Source of the DNA: Gracilinanus agilis
Lineage: Eukaryota
Length of the DNA stretch: 64,000 bases
Direction: 5' to 3'
Assembly (NCBI RefSeq): GCF_016433145.1
Contig: NC_058134.1
Span: 197,557,804-197,621,803, forward strand
Positions 7,395-18,316 of this stretch are shown one piece after another. The position numbers were made by a program, and so were the translations under genes. How positions within the stretch are numbered: the first letter of the stretch is position 1; each line of letters starts with the position of its first letter. A model generated the notes under the pieces. The model worked only from the letters and a program-made list of their open reading frames with translations, had not been told where the DNA came from and did not search any database.

Positions 7395-10300
7395 GTAGCG
7401 CGGGAGAAGAGCGGAGCTGGGGCGGGAGGCAGTGGGGTTAGAGGCGCTGGACCCGTCCCTGGAGTTCTGACTCGTTGTTCTCTGTGGCAAGGGCAGCAGA
7501 GACTCCCATGAAGAACCTCCCTTCGCTCCGGCAGGGGAGTTGATCTGGTTGTCGCCACTCCCCTCGAGAAGAGGGAGTCGTGGGGGCCGGCTTCCCCTCT
7601 CGCTGGCGCTTGGAGTTACGCCGTTCTTTAGGATTTTGGCCATTAGAATAACTTCTCCCGCTCCCCGGACCCTGCAAAGTTACAGCCTTGGCGTTATGGA
7701 ATTAGAAAGACCTCAGGCTTGCTGCTGAGAAGTACTAGCTACATGACCCTGGGAAATTTAGCTGGAACTTGTTTCCACAGGCAATATCTGAGACTGAGAG
7801 GTAGCTGAGAGGGTGCGGACTTGTATTTTGTAGGGGGAGTTTCCTCCGCCAATGAAATCATTGGTCTCCCCCCCCCCCACCATAAAAAAAAAAAAAGACT
7901 GGGGGTGCGGGATGAGTCTTCAGAAAAAGATGTATATTTCCACAGCTTTTTGCTCTTCTCCACACTAATAATTAGTCATCCCCATCCTTCTTTTCTTTCT
8001 GAAATCTAACGTCTGTGCTGATGGAGGAAACTTGGTGGAGAAGAGTCTCTCTTTTTTTCTATGAACTTACAGGTCTAATCTCTTGCTACCTTCTGGTAGC
8101 TTCTGATTCTAAACACACGCTCGTGTCTTCTTGCATTTGAAAGTTAAATTGAATCCCTATGCATCCCCTTCCCACTAACTACTGCCCTCCCTTTTTGAAT
8201 AAATGATCATGGTGAAAAGAACTTAGGACCAGGTAGTTCCATTGCCTGGCAAGTGCATACAGTAGGAAAAGTGGGGTAGCAGGTAGTCACATATTTGCTA
8301 TGTGACCTTGGGCAAGACATTTAATTTCTTTGGAGGGCCATTCTCCATCATTATTACTCCTGAGACCTTTCCCAACCCAAATCTATGATCTCCGGTGAAA
8401 TAAGACCCATTTTCTCTTATATTTAAAATGAGAATGCATATGAAGGTTTTAAACACTACAAAAAGGTCTGTTTATAAGCTATTCTTAATCGAACCTTTAG
8501 TTATTTCTTACCTACTATTTTTACCACTTACTGAGGCTCCTAAAAAATAAGCTCTTCCCTCCCATTTTTTCATCCTGGCAGGATTCCCCTCTACAAAACT
8601 TGGAGTGAGTTCAACTTTCACTCAGATCACCAAAGCTGATGTTTTTTTTCTCAATCCTCTTCCTTCCTGACCTGTCTGTTTCACTTGATACAAATGATCA
8701 CATTTTTCTCCTTGATTCTTTCCTTGGGTTTTGGGGACACTATTCTATCCTGGCTCTTTTCCTGCCTCACTACTTCTCACTCTCCTTGGATAGTTCATTA
8801 TTCATGTTACATCTCCCCCACTCCCCTGGCTGTGGGTGCTATCTAAGGCTTGGTCCTGGGTTTTTTCTTTTCTCTACTTTTTTTCTTGATGACCTTATCC
8901 ATTTTCCATTAATTTTAATCATCCCTACTGTTTACATGACTGATCAAAGCTAAGGTCTTCTAGAGATACTGAGGCTGATTCACCTGCTCTTCTGGACTTT
9001 AGATACTCTCATCTGACTTGTAGTTTGTTAGGATAGCCTTAAAGCCCATTGTCCTTTCCATACCACAATGAACCATCTACGGGCTTTAAAAAAAAAAAAA
9101 AAAGTATGTGCCTAAGTAGATAGAGATGGGAGGTCCTAGGTTCAAATTTGGCCTCAGACACTTCTTAGCTGTGTGAGCCTGGGCAAGTCACCCCAATTGC
9201 CTAGCCCAGTGATGATGAACCTTTTAGAGACTGAGTGCCATACCCACTCCTACCCCAAACTGAGTGTTGAGCTCCATACCCCAGACAGGGGAGGAAGGAA
9301 GCATTCCCATTGAGCTGCTGGATAGAGGGACAGATGATGAGAGGCACATATGGAGAGGGGGAGGGGAATGGCCTGAGCATTCTGCTCTACTCCAGCCCTG
9401 CCACCTGTGAGCCACCCACCTTACCACCTGTGCACTCCCATTGGGATGCTGGGCAGAGGGGCATAGGGGATGTGAAAAAATGTTAGGCATGGTGTAGGAG
9501 GAAGGGGAGCGGCTCTGCTGGACTTCCTCTGCTTTTCTGGTAATGAACTGAGTGAGGTAGGGAGGAGGGGTGGCCCATGTGCCCACAGAGCACTCTGTGT
9601 GCCATCTTTGGCACCCATGCCATAGGTTCACCATCACTGGCCTAGCCCTTACTGCTCTTCTGCCTTGGAACTGATAATCAGTATTGGAATTAGAAAGATC
9701 TCAGTCTTGCTGCTGAGAAATACTGGCTACATGATCCTAAGATAGAAGATAAAGGTTTAAAGAGGGGGAAAAATGTTGGGACGAAAAGGACCACAGATTG
9801 GAAGTGGATAGGTCACAGAGAAAGCAGAACTATTCAGCTGTGCTCAGACACACATTGCCCTTTCCCTTTTACTGAGCCCTTGGACTTTGCCTAGTCATAT
9901 AAACTGTATGTCCCAGAGACATTTGAAATTTAGTATCTAAAACTGGACTCATTATCTTTTCCTCTAAATTCCCTCCTATTTGAAAGGTCCCTACTTCTGT
10001 TGAAGACATCCGTGTTCTTTCATTGGGTCAGATTCCTAATCTCAGTGTTATCTTTGACTCTTCAGGCCTTCACCTCTAACATATCTTGTGCCAAATCCTT
10101 GCCCTTTCTGCTTCCCCATTTCTCCCATCTGATTCCTTCTCATTAATTATATAGTTCCCATCTTAACATAGATCTTCATTACCAATCTTGCTACTGGTTC
10201 CTTTTCCATATCTTCTCATCTTGTGTAAGATTATTTCAACCCAAGTACATTTTACATTTATCCCTATTAAATTTCATGATTCTAGTATGTCTATAGGTCT

Positions 10301-13300
10301 GGATGCTACGGGCACTAATCTTGTCATCTAACACATTAACCACTACACTAAGGATTTTTCTATCTGCAAATCTATTGTGTGTCACCCAAGCCTTAATTCA
10401 TAATAAGAAATAACTAATTCAAAATTCATTCATACAAATTGTGGTCCTTTGTTTTTCATCTTTTTGGTTCCAACATTCCTTTTTAAAAGCTTTTTACTAT
10501 TCTAATCTGATGTTTTATTGTAGCATGCAGAGGACATTGTTAGAAAGCTAAGGCCATCCTAACAAATTGCAAGGCATGTCTCTGAATATGTCCAGGAGAA
10601 TGATTTTCTTTGTTGCCAAAAGACCAGGGTAGCTGCATCTTGGTAAATCAACCATATCTTTCCAAAAGAATATAGTTGTGATTAGCAGTGGTGGATGGGG
10701 CCCTCATAATGATAAAGTACAGATACTTTAGGTAGTAAGTATAAATTATCACTCACTTGCAGACTTGGTTTTTTTTTTTACTCTAATCTGCCTTTCCTTT
10801 AATTTTGTCTTTTAAAAAAAAACTGATTTCTTCAGTGGATTTTGTTTCCTGTATATAGTGTTTAAAAAAATCATATCAGAATTCTTACTTTATATACTCC
10901 ATTTTGTTAAAGTTCATATTAAAATGTGTTACCTAGAACTCTTCATATTTCAGAGGGGTTCTGGATATCCTAAAGCATTGATGGTAAACCTTTTAGATAC
11001 GGCATGCCCAGTCCATCCCCCCCCACCCCCTTTATCCCAAATGAGATGAGAAAGTGGGAGAAATTGAGGGAGTGGTCCAGGCCCTCCACTCAGGGGAGTT
11101 CCATTGAGAGCTGGGCAGAGGGGCAGGGAGGCACAATAGAGAGGGGGAAGGGAGCAGCTCTTCGTGAGTCCCTTTACCTTTCTAGCAACTAACTCTGGCC
11201 CATGATAGTGCACATGCCCACAGAGAGGCTTTTGCATGCCATAGGTTTGCCATCATGGTTCTAGAGCCTTAGGTTGTATTAGCTTGTGGAATAGAGGAAG
11301 CTATATTATATTACTGACTTAACTTGTAAGTCACCTAAAACCTTCCAGTGTCTTCTTTCACATTATTGCCATTGACTTGTTTTTTAAAATCAGCTCTCTC
11401 CTTCCTTCTGTACAAGTCTAATAGCCAAATGGGCCTTATCTTCAGAATGTTGATATTTTGACCAGTCTGAGTTGAAGGCAGGCTTGGTCATTTAGTTCAG
11501 ATCTCAAGTGTGGTGCAGAGTTGGGGCATAACTGCTTTGCAGAATTCTTCTGTCAGTTAAGGAGGGTTTTAGAATCTTGGGAAGGAGCTCAGATGGACCC
11601 TGGTTCTCTCCACACAAGTGACCATCTGACATTGCTACTGATACTACCTTCTTGCAGTTCTACTAATGGATCCTCTTAACAAATCTGTTTCTCAAAGGTA
11701 CCTTTTCCCTACCACTAGCTATGTCGTGGTTAGTTTATGTCCTCATTTTATAGGTGAGGAAACATCCTAGAACAGCAAAGGAGTTTCTCTGAGGCTGGGT
11801 CTTCTGACTCCTGGTTCACTGTTCTTTTTACCCCTCATACTCCAAGAATCTGTCACCTCTAACACCCTATGATCATTATCACCACCATTCTCCTGGTCAT
11901 CCAGATTGGCAGCCTCTGAACCTCTTTCTCATAGTTGTTACTGTGTTGTATTGAATTCTTTTTTTTAGTGCTGTATGACTCAAATCTAGTTTCACCAACT
12001 ATCTTGATGATGTTTACTCCTGTCATAGGAACTGGGAAGGTTCTTAGTCCAACCTCTGTATTTTACAGATAAGGAAATTGAGGCCTAAAGTCATAAGCCC
12101 AAAGTCACACATGTATTGTGTGGCAGAGCTGAGATTGGAATTTAGGTCCTCTGATTACAAATCCAGTGTTTTCCATTGTATTATATTGCCTCTCTATGTT
12201 ACAGAAACTTCCATCTACTTTCTTGTTTCCTGTTACATCATACATCTGCCACAATATTTAACATGCCTCTCTCCAACTAGCCTTTATGTTCTTTATTGAC
12301 ATTTTATAATAAGGCCCTTCGTTCTCAGTTCCTGCTTTTTCCATCCCATCTCATTACTACCCTGTTATATACCATCCCATTAATCTACCTACACAGCACT
12401 TTTCTTTTTAAAATTCATATTCATCTTCACTCTTTTCTGTTGTAATTATTCATGTCTATTACTATTATTAGTCTTATTTCAAAGTTATATTGTCAACAAG
12501 CTGAGAACAGCAATTAAGCTTTCCACTTGGAGGCTTCTGCTCCAGTAGCCTCAGATTTCATGAATTCCCATTTGTCCAAAATGAGTTTTTCAGTTATGTT
12601 TGGCCTGGGGGAAAAAACTTGTATTGCACGAGCTTTTGCTCTTTAATTTTTAGATTAGCCTACCTCAAATGTACAGGAGGCTGAATTTAATTCATATTTG
12701 GAACTATTTTTGTACATTCAATAATTGCTTTATCCTTTTTTGAAAACTGAATTTGACTTTACTGCTTTCCTCATTATATTTCTTTCCCTTACCAGGTAGG
12801 AAAAACCTATGAGCTGCTTAATTGTGACAAACACAAGTCAATGCTCTTGAAAAATGGACGGGATCCTGGAGAAGTAAGACCCGACATAGCACACCAGGTA
12901 TCCTAAAGGACAGGTCTAGATACCCTTCAAGATTTTTATGTGGAAAGTGAAGCTGGTGGCTTCTTCTATCCTCACCAGTCCCAAATCCTATTTTCCCCAG
13001 AGTTTGTTGATGCTGATGGACAGTCCCCTGAACCGTGCTGGCTTGCTCCAGGTTTATATCCATACTCAAAAAAACGTTCTGATTGAAGTGAACCCTCAGA
13101 CTCGGATTCCTCGCACCTTTGACCGCTTCTGTGGCCTCATGGGTGAGAGTTGGATTATTTGTCCTTGTTGAGACAATTCAAGAGGAACTTAGCATGGGTA
13201 AGAGAGGAGATGATATGATAGTTTGGAACCCGATGAAGCAGGATTGTTAATACTGAAAACAGTGATCACTTCACCTTTCCATGTGAGCAGAAACAAAATG

Positions 13301-14273
13301 CTAATTTCTCTTCTAGGAGGTTTTCTCAGGTACAGTTGTGATTGGAAGATCAACAGGAACAGGGCCTTTTAGTTTAACAGTCTTTCTAGTATTTGCTAGA
13401 AATAAAGATGTGGAAGTTTGTGGCTCTTACTTACAGAGCGGTACAAATGGGGCTTACCTAATTTCCTAGGGGCTATTCATGCCCTCTTTGGCTTGGGGAT
13501 AGGGTTAGAACTACTAGGATGAGGAAGCAACCCCCCATTCTGACATTGAACTTTCCTTTCTTTCAATAGTTCAGCTCCTGCATAAACTCAGTGTTCGAGC
13601 AGCTGATGGCCCCCAGAAACTGTTGAAGGTGAGGATTTGATAACTAATGGTTTAAGGAGAGAGAAGGAAGGGGAAGTCTGGGGGAATCCATGGACTTGTT
13701 TCTTAGACTCTACTTGTTTTCTTTTTTCCTTAGGTGATCAAGAATCCAGTGTCAGAACATTTTCCTGCAGGCTGTATGAAGATCGGCACCTCCTTCTCTG
13801 CCCCTGTTGTCAGTGATGTTAGAGAGCTGGCTCCCAGTAGTGACCCTATTGTCTTTGTGGTTGGGGCTTTTGCCCATGGCTCGGTAAGAGATACTTTTTG
13901 AACTGGTTTACAGTGGCACAGTATCTGCTTCTTCTTGGGGATGTAGTTTGATGTAAAATATGAGGGAGTGGTTTGTTTCTGTGGCTTTTTAAACTCAAGG
14001 TACTTATGAGTAGTTTGTCCTTTCCTAGTCAGTAACAGAAGCTAGAATGCTGGTCTCTCTTCAAATATTAACTGACTCTAGTTCCTCCTTTCCTGAGAAA
14101 GGAATAGTTCTCTGTATAGAAACCCCAGGGCTTCATTGTTCTTTTTTTCCTCTCCCTAGATCAATGTGGATTACACAGAGAAGATGGTATCCATCAGCAA
14201 CTATCCCCTTTCTGCTGCTCTTACCTGTGCCAAACTCACCACAGCCTTTGAGGAAGCATGGGGTATCATTTAA
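7227..14273 (+). CDS. EMG1: Ribosomal RNA small subunit methyltransferase NEP1 (EMG1), complete spliced CDS (6 exons, 735 nt, 244 aa)
   Basis: join: 7227-7394, 12796-12897, 13001-13142, 13570-13628, 13734-13883, 14160-14273. Translation [13 protein letters not shown]...LIVV-like [14 protein letters not shown]...[11 protein letters not shown] matches mammalian EMG1 (SPOUT methyltransferase). Confidence 0.98.
8600..8940 (+). mobile_element. LINE-2 reverse-transcriptase fragment
   Basis: Translation [21 protein letters not shown] resembles the L2 RT motif LLDLSAAFDTVDH; pyrimidine-rich composition typical of L2. Confidence 0.7.
9120..9760 (+). mobile_element. SINE1_Mdo-like tRNA SINE interrupted by a hAT MITE and a 54-bp insertion
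   Basis: SINE body gaggtcctaggttcaaat...gggcaagtca...ttgcctagcc resumes after 9639 as cttactgctcttctgccttggaa...aaaggtttaa. Confidence 0.8.
9207..9639. mobile_element. hAT-family MITE (OposCharlie/OC1-like), 433 bp
   Basis: TIRs CAGTGATGATGAACCT / AGGTTCACCATCACTG; perfect 8-bp TSD GCCTAGCC (9199-9206, 9640-9647). Confidence 0.9.
10976..11258. mobile_element. hAT-family MITE (OC1-like), degenerate
   Basis: Ends CATTGATGGTAAACCT / AGGTTTGCCATCATGG; TSD TCCTAAAG/TTCTAGAG (6/8); interior similar to the copies at 9207 and 25615. Confidence 0.8.
12796..12897 (+). CDS. EMG1: EMG1 exon 2 ([34 protein letters not shown])
   Basis: 102 nt, cag|GTA and CAG|gtatcct junctions. Confidence 0.96.
12898..13000 (+). 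other. Probable U12-type GT-AG intron (EMG1 intron 2)
   Basis: 5' splice site GTATCCTA; candidate branch TCCTCAC (12969-12975); short pyrimidine tract. Confidence 0.75.
13001..13142 (+). CDS. EMG1: EMG1 exon 3 ([47 protein letters not shown])
   Basis: 142 nt, contained in ORF 12938-13171. Confidence 0.97.
13570..13628 (+). CDS. EMG1: EMG1 exon 4 ([20 protein letters not shown])
   Basis: 59 nt, tag|TTCAG...GAAG|gtgag. Confidence 0.96.
13734..13883 (+). CDS. EMG1: EMG1 exon 5 ([22 protein letters not shown]...[10 protein letters not shown])
   Basis: 150 nt, tag|GTG and TCG|gtaag junctions. Confidence 0.96.
14160..14273 (+). CDS. EMG1: EMG1 exon 6 coding part ([37 protein letters not shown])
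   Basis: 114 nt, tag|ATC acceptor, TAA at 14271-14273. Confidence 0.96.
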   Translation: MNVDYTEKMVSISNYPLSAALTCAKLTTAFEEAWGII

Positions 14274-14429
14274 CAGTGGGAGACCTTGGTTCCTTACATT
14301 GCAACTGATTATCAAATCTTGGAAGCCATGGAAATGACTGCTGGACAGTCCTGCTTATAGGATCCTTTTGTACCAAGGGACTTTTAGAGTGTTCTTTCAT
14401 ACTGGCTTGTCCATATAAATTTTTTTTTT

Positions 14430-15024
14430 TTTAACAAACAGAATTGTTCAAGGTAGATTCCTATGCTTAGTTGGCTTCATCATAATGTAATCCCAATTTT
14501 TGTCTCCTATCTAAACTGCAAAGGGAGGATGAATCCTTGGGATATTTAGTCCTAGCCCCCAGGGACAATTATGGTAGATGGGAGAGGGAAAGGATATAGC
14601 AGATCATTCTCAGGAAAGCTCTTGACTGAGGGTGGGAAAAAAGCAGCCAGGAGCACTAGGTGAAAAACTGAAATAACAGAAGTGGTTTTATCTGGTACAA
14701 TTCCAAGGTAGAAAAACGGAGCAGGTAGAATCTGTGTCCCTTCCCTTCCATGGGGAGGTGGTTGTGGTATCGGCACATGTATAATTATAGTAAATCAGCA
14801 GAAAAGAAAACAGGTTCCCAGCTAGAGGGGAGAGATAAGGCAATGTGTGTGGATGAGTCCCTCCACACTCCCCTAGGGTTTCTTTCCCCATAGCTGGCAG
14901 AGGACACCTGCTGGAGCTGCCATGCCTTCCTAGTCCCTGGTTCTATCTTCTGCATATTCTGAGGGCAAATGAGTCCTATGAAAAGGGAGGCAGTAGCTCC
15001 TGTACCAGTCCCATTTTAGGCCAC
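14430..15024 (-). other. LPCAT3: LPCAT3 terminal non-coding exon (3' UTR); 3' end approximate
   Basis: Acceptor ttctcttacag|GTGGCC at 15024; matching donor CCCTG|gtaagt at 15129/15128 just after the stop codon. Confidence 0.75.
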
Positions 15025-15140
15025 CTGTAAGAGAAGAAAGTTGATCAGAACCATCCAACAATCCCTACTACCCAAGCCTTAATCTAGTAATCCCTGCCAA
15101 ACTTGTAGCCCACCAGAGGTTCACTTACCAGGGAGGCAGA

Positions 15141-15257
15141 TTACTCTGCTTTCTTTAATTTTTCTTTCCTTGGCACCATTTTTTTGTGAACATAAGGCAA
15201 TATGAATAGGAGGCTCAGGAAGAAGATATGGCCAAGAAAATAGATAGATTTGTAGAC
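15141..15257 (-). CDS. LPCAT3: LPCAT3 exon 12 coding part (VYKSIYFLGHIFF...RKEKLKKAE*)
   Basis: 117 nt, cag|GTC acceptor, TAA at 15143-15141. Confidence 0.95.
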   Translation of the reverse strand, partial: VYKSIYFLGHIFFLSLLFILPYVHKKMVPRKEKLKKAE

Positions 15258-18200
15258 CTGTGGGGAGATGCAGACCACTGAAGCTAAGAGTATGATACTT
15301 GTTATTTCACATGCTGGTTTCCAGTTATTCTCTCAATCCTACTAGACAGTACTCTCCCCCTGCCCTGCCCTGCCCCACCCCAATCCACTCCCCAACTTAC
15401 TTTCAACCATTTATCCCATGTAAAAAGGCAAAAGGCAGTCATAGAATAACCCATGAAGAGCCAGTGAATGGTTTGCTGCACTAGGTAGTAGATAGGCTTC
15501 AGAACAGTGATGGATGCCAGCTTGCTCAAGATTGGGCTCTCTATAATTAGGTGGGCAGCCTGGAAGGGACAGAGAGGGATGTGTAGTCAGCACCTGGCCC
15601 TCACTGCTCCTCGATCTTCAAGTCTAGTGTGTCTGCCCTACCTGTCTCTCCACAATAACGATGAGGAACTCCATCTGGAAGCAGACCAGGTAGCCAGAGT
15701 GTAGCCCATGCCACAGGGCCAAGAACAGCAGGGACAGGCCCTGGGACACCATTTTGTTCCCGAGGAACTTGAGCCTTTTGAAGACATAGCTGGAGATGAG
15801 AAGGGGAATGGATGAGTCATAGGCAAACCAGGACTTTTCTCTCTGGCATCCCCTGTTCTGTCTCTCTTATCCAGAACTGGGTTTGTTGGGGGGGGGGGGC
15901 AGCATGCAGGTGAAGGGGAAGATGGTATAGGTGGTAAAATGACTTTCCAAGGCCACATTGCTAGTTTGTGCCAGAGCTGGAGATGAAACTAGCTTTGTCC
16001 TCTAGACTGGTGTCTACTGCAGGAAGCCATACTGCCTCTCACCTGCTTCTCTAGGGTCATACAGATGGAGATGGCATTTTTAAAACAAGGTCTAGTAAGG
16101 TTCTGAGGTTGCCCAAAATGGTGAGTGGTGTCCTTGCCTTCAAATCTAGGGTAATGAGGAAATGAGCTCATGTGGCATATGGTACTTCCAGTTGCTTACC
16201 GGGCTACCCAGGCATTGGTGTTGATGTTGAAGGAAGCAATGGTGCCAGTGAATCGTGGGTTGGTCTCAAATAGCCATACTTTCATGTTGGCACAAGCATT
16301 CCACTGTGGATATCCTTTCTCATCCCTTCCATTGAAGCCCAGCCCAGTCAGAATGCACACTCCTTCCTTCGGGAAGGAATAACTGAGTCAGGGGTACCAC
16401 AGGGGTACAAATCACTTCTAACCCTTTATTCCCAACTCTGGTCTCCTTCCTTTGCCTCTCTTGTACTCACCGTGACCAGCCAACAGGTGACATATTTGTA
16501 GAGAACAAATTTGCCCCAAACTAGCATGTATAGGCAGCGGAACCAGAAGGGGTTGTTCTTTGAGGAGAGAGAGAAAACATGAGTCAGGGACACCAATGAA
16601 TCTGGGCAACCCCTAATGCTTGCTCTCTTGACTGAGAGCCATGATTTTTTTTCCAAGGGGGATAGTTTTTCAGGTGTCAGTTCAATGGAGCTTTATTATT
16701 CCCTAGTTAACAGGAAGGTAGAGAGAAGCATAAGGCTTCCACTTCTTCCTTAGAAACCTTGAGGATTATAAGCAATGCCCTCTAACCCTTCTCACTTAGC
16801 AGTCAGTTGTCATGTAATTAGTTCCCAGTGTACTTCTAAGCACTAATCATAACCTGGAAAAAAAGGAATGTGCTTAGGTTTTCTGGCTGGTTAAACGGAG
16901 GACAGAAACTGAAACTTGCCCTTCCCTGTGCCTTCTGACCTCAGTAGAAGCCCCAGCATCAAACACCTGTCAAGGCATAGAAAGAATAAGTTGGAGAGCT
17001 CTAGAGGGAGCTTTGAGAACTAAGCTTTGAACCATGCATGACCTGGATGTGGACAGAAAGTACCTCTGATAGAGTTCTAAGGATGGATTGTTCCAGAAAG
17101 AGGTAAAGAGCACTAAAAAGGTGCCAAGGAAAGCACTTTGTACTAGCTAACTCATCAGACACTAGGAACTTGGGTGCTACTAATGAGACCCAGGGAACAG
17201 TAGTGTGACTCACTTTACTATCTAGTAGAGAACACTGAAAATTGTTATAGGGTAACTACTCACATCAAATTCCTCTGAGAGAAGAACCTCCTCTGTGATA
17301 TAGGGACTGAGCAGGGTGTAGCCCACCAGGTAGAAGAGACCCAAACTTAGACGCTTGAGAGCTGGTATAATACTGCAGAAGAGAAATGAAGTCAGAAGTT
17401 AACTCGCTCACTCTTCTTAGTTTAAAATGTGGAGAGGGGTCTTCTAGAGCCCTAATCACCCAGTCAGAACAGGTAAGATGTTTTCTATGCAAGATCTGGT
17501 GGGATGTGAGAGCTGTTAAACATACAGGCATTAGAGGGACCAGGGAGCCTTGGAGGGATCCAAGGCCTAGCAAAGTGCTTGGCACATAACAGGTACTTAG
17601 TAGATACTTTTTTCTGATTGATATCTCTTCCTTCAGAAGTGCACTGTTATCTAAAGGTCTCAACAGGAAAGGATAACACTTTTGAGAATCCACTGAAGGC
17701 ACTCAGATATTAAATGATTAACCTTAACATTCCTCACACAAGTGAAAAGCTGAAGATGTTGGCTTAATTGTCCAAACTGGACATTTCTAATTATACTCAA
17801 TCTGCTAGTTCAAGGAATGTTTTTTTTTTTTAAACCCTTACCTTCCGTCTTGGAGTCAATACTGTGTATTGGCTCCAAGGCAGAAGAGTGGTAAGGGGTA
17901 GGCAATGGGGGTCAAATGACTTGCCCAGGGTCACACAGCTGGGAAGGGTGTGAGGCCAGATTTGAACCTAGAACCTCCTGTCTCTAGGGCCTGGCTCTCA
18001 ATCCACTGAGCTACCCAGCTGCCCCTTAAAGAAAAAAATTTATGACGTATGAGGCATGGACCTTTGTGAGAAGGACAAAATTTAGTTCATACAAACAGTT
18101 AGGTGGAGAGCCAAGCCTGGAGATAGGAGGTCCCTAGACTTGTAGTTATGTGATGAGGGCAAGTCACTTGACTCCAAATTGCCTAACCCTATCTTCTGTC

Positions 18201-18266
18201 TGGGAAACAATACTTAAAACTAAGACAGAAGATAAAGGTTTGAAATACATATATATACACCACAAG

Positions 18267-18316
<50 letters not shown>

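Noticed and set aside
16366-16560. AAG/GAAG acceptors at LPCAT3 exons 8 and 9 (and PHB2 exon 4) as signs of unusual splicing
   Set aside because: AAG acceptors are uncommon but normal; exon sizes and frame match the orthologues.
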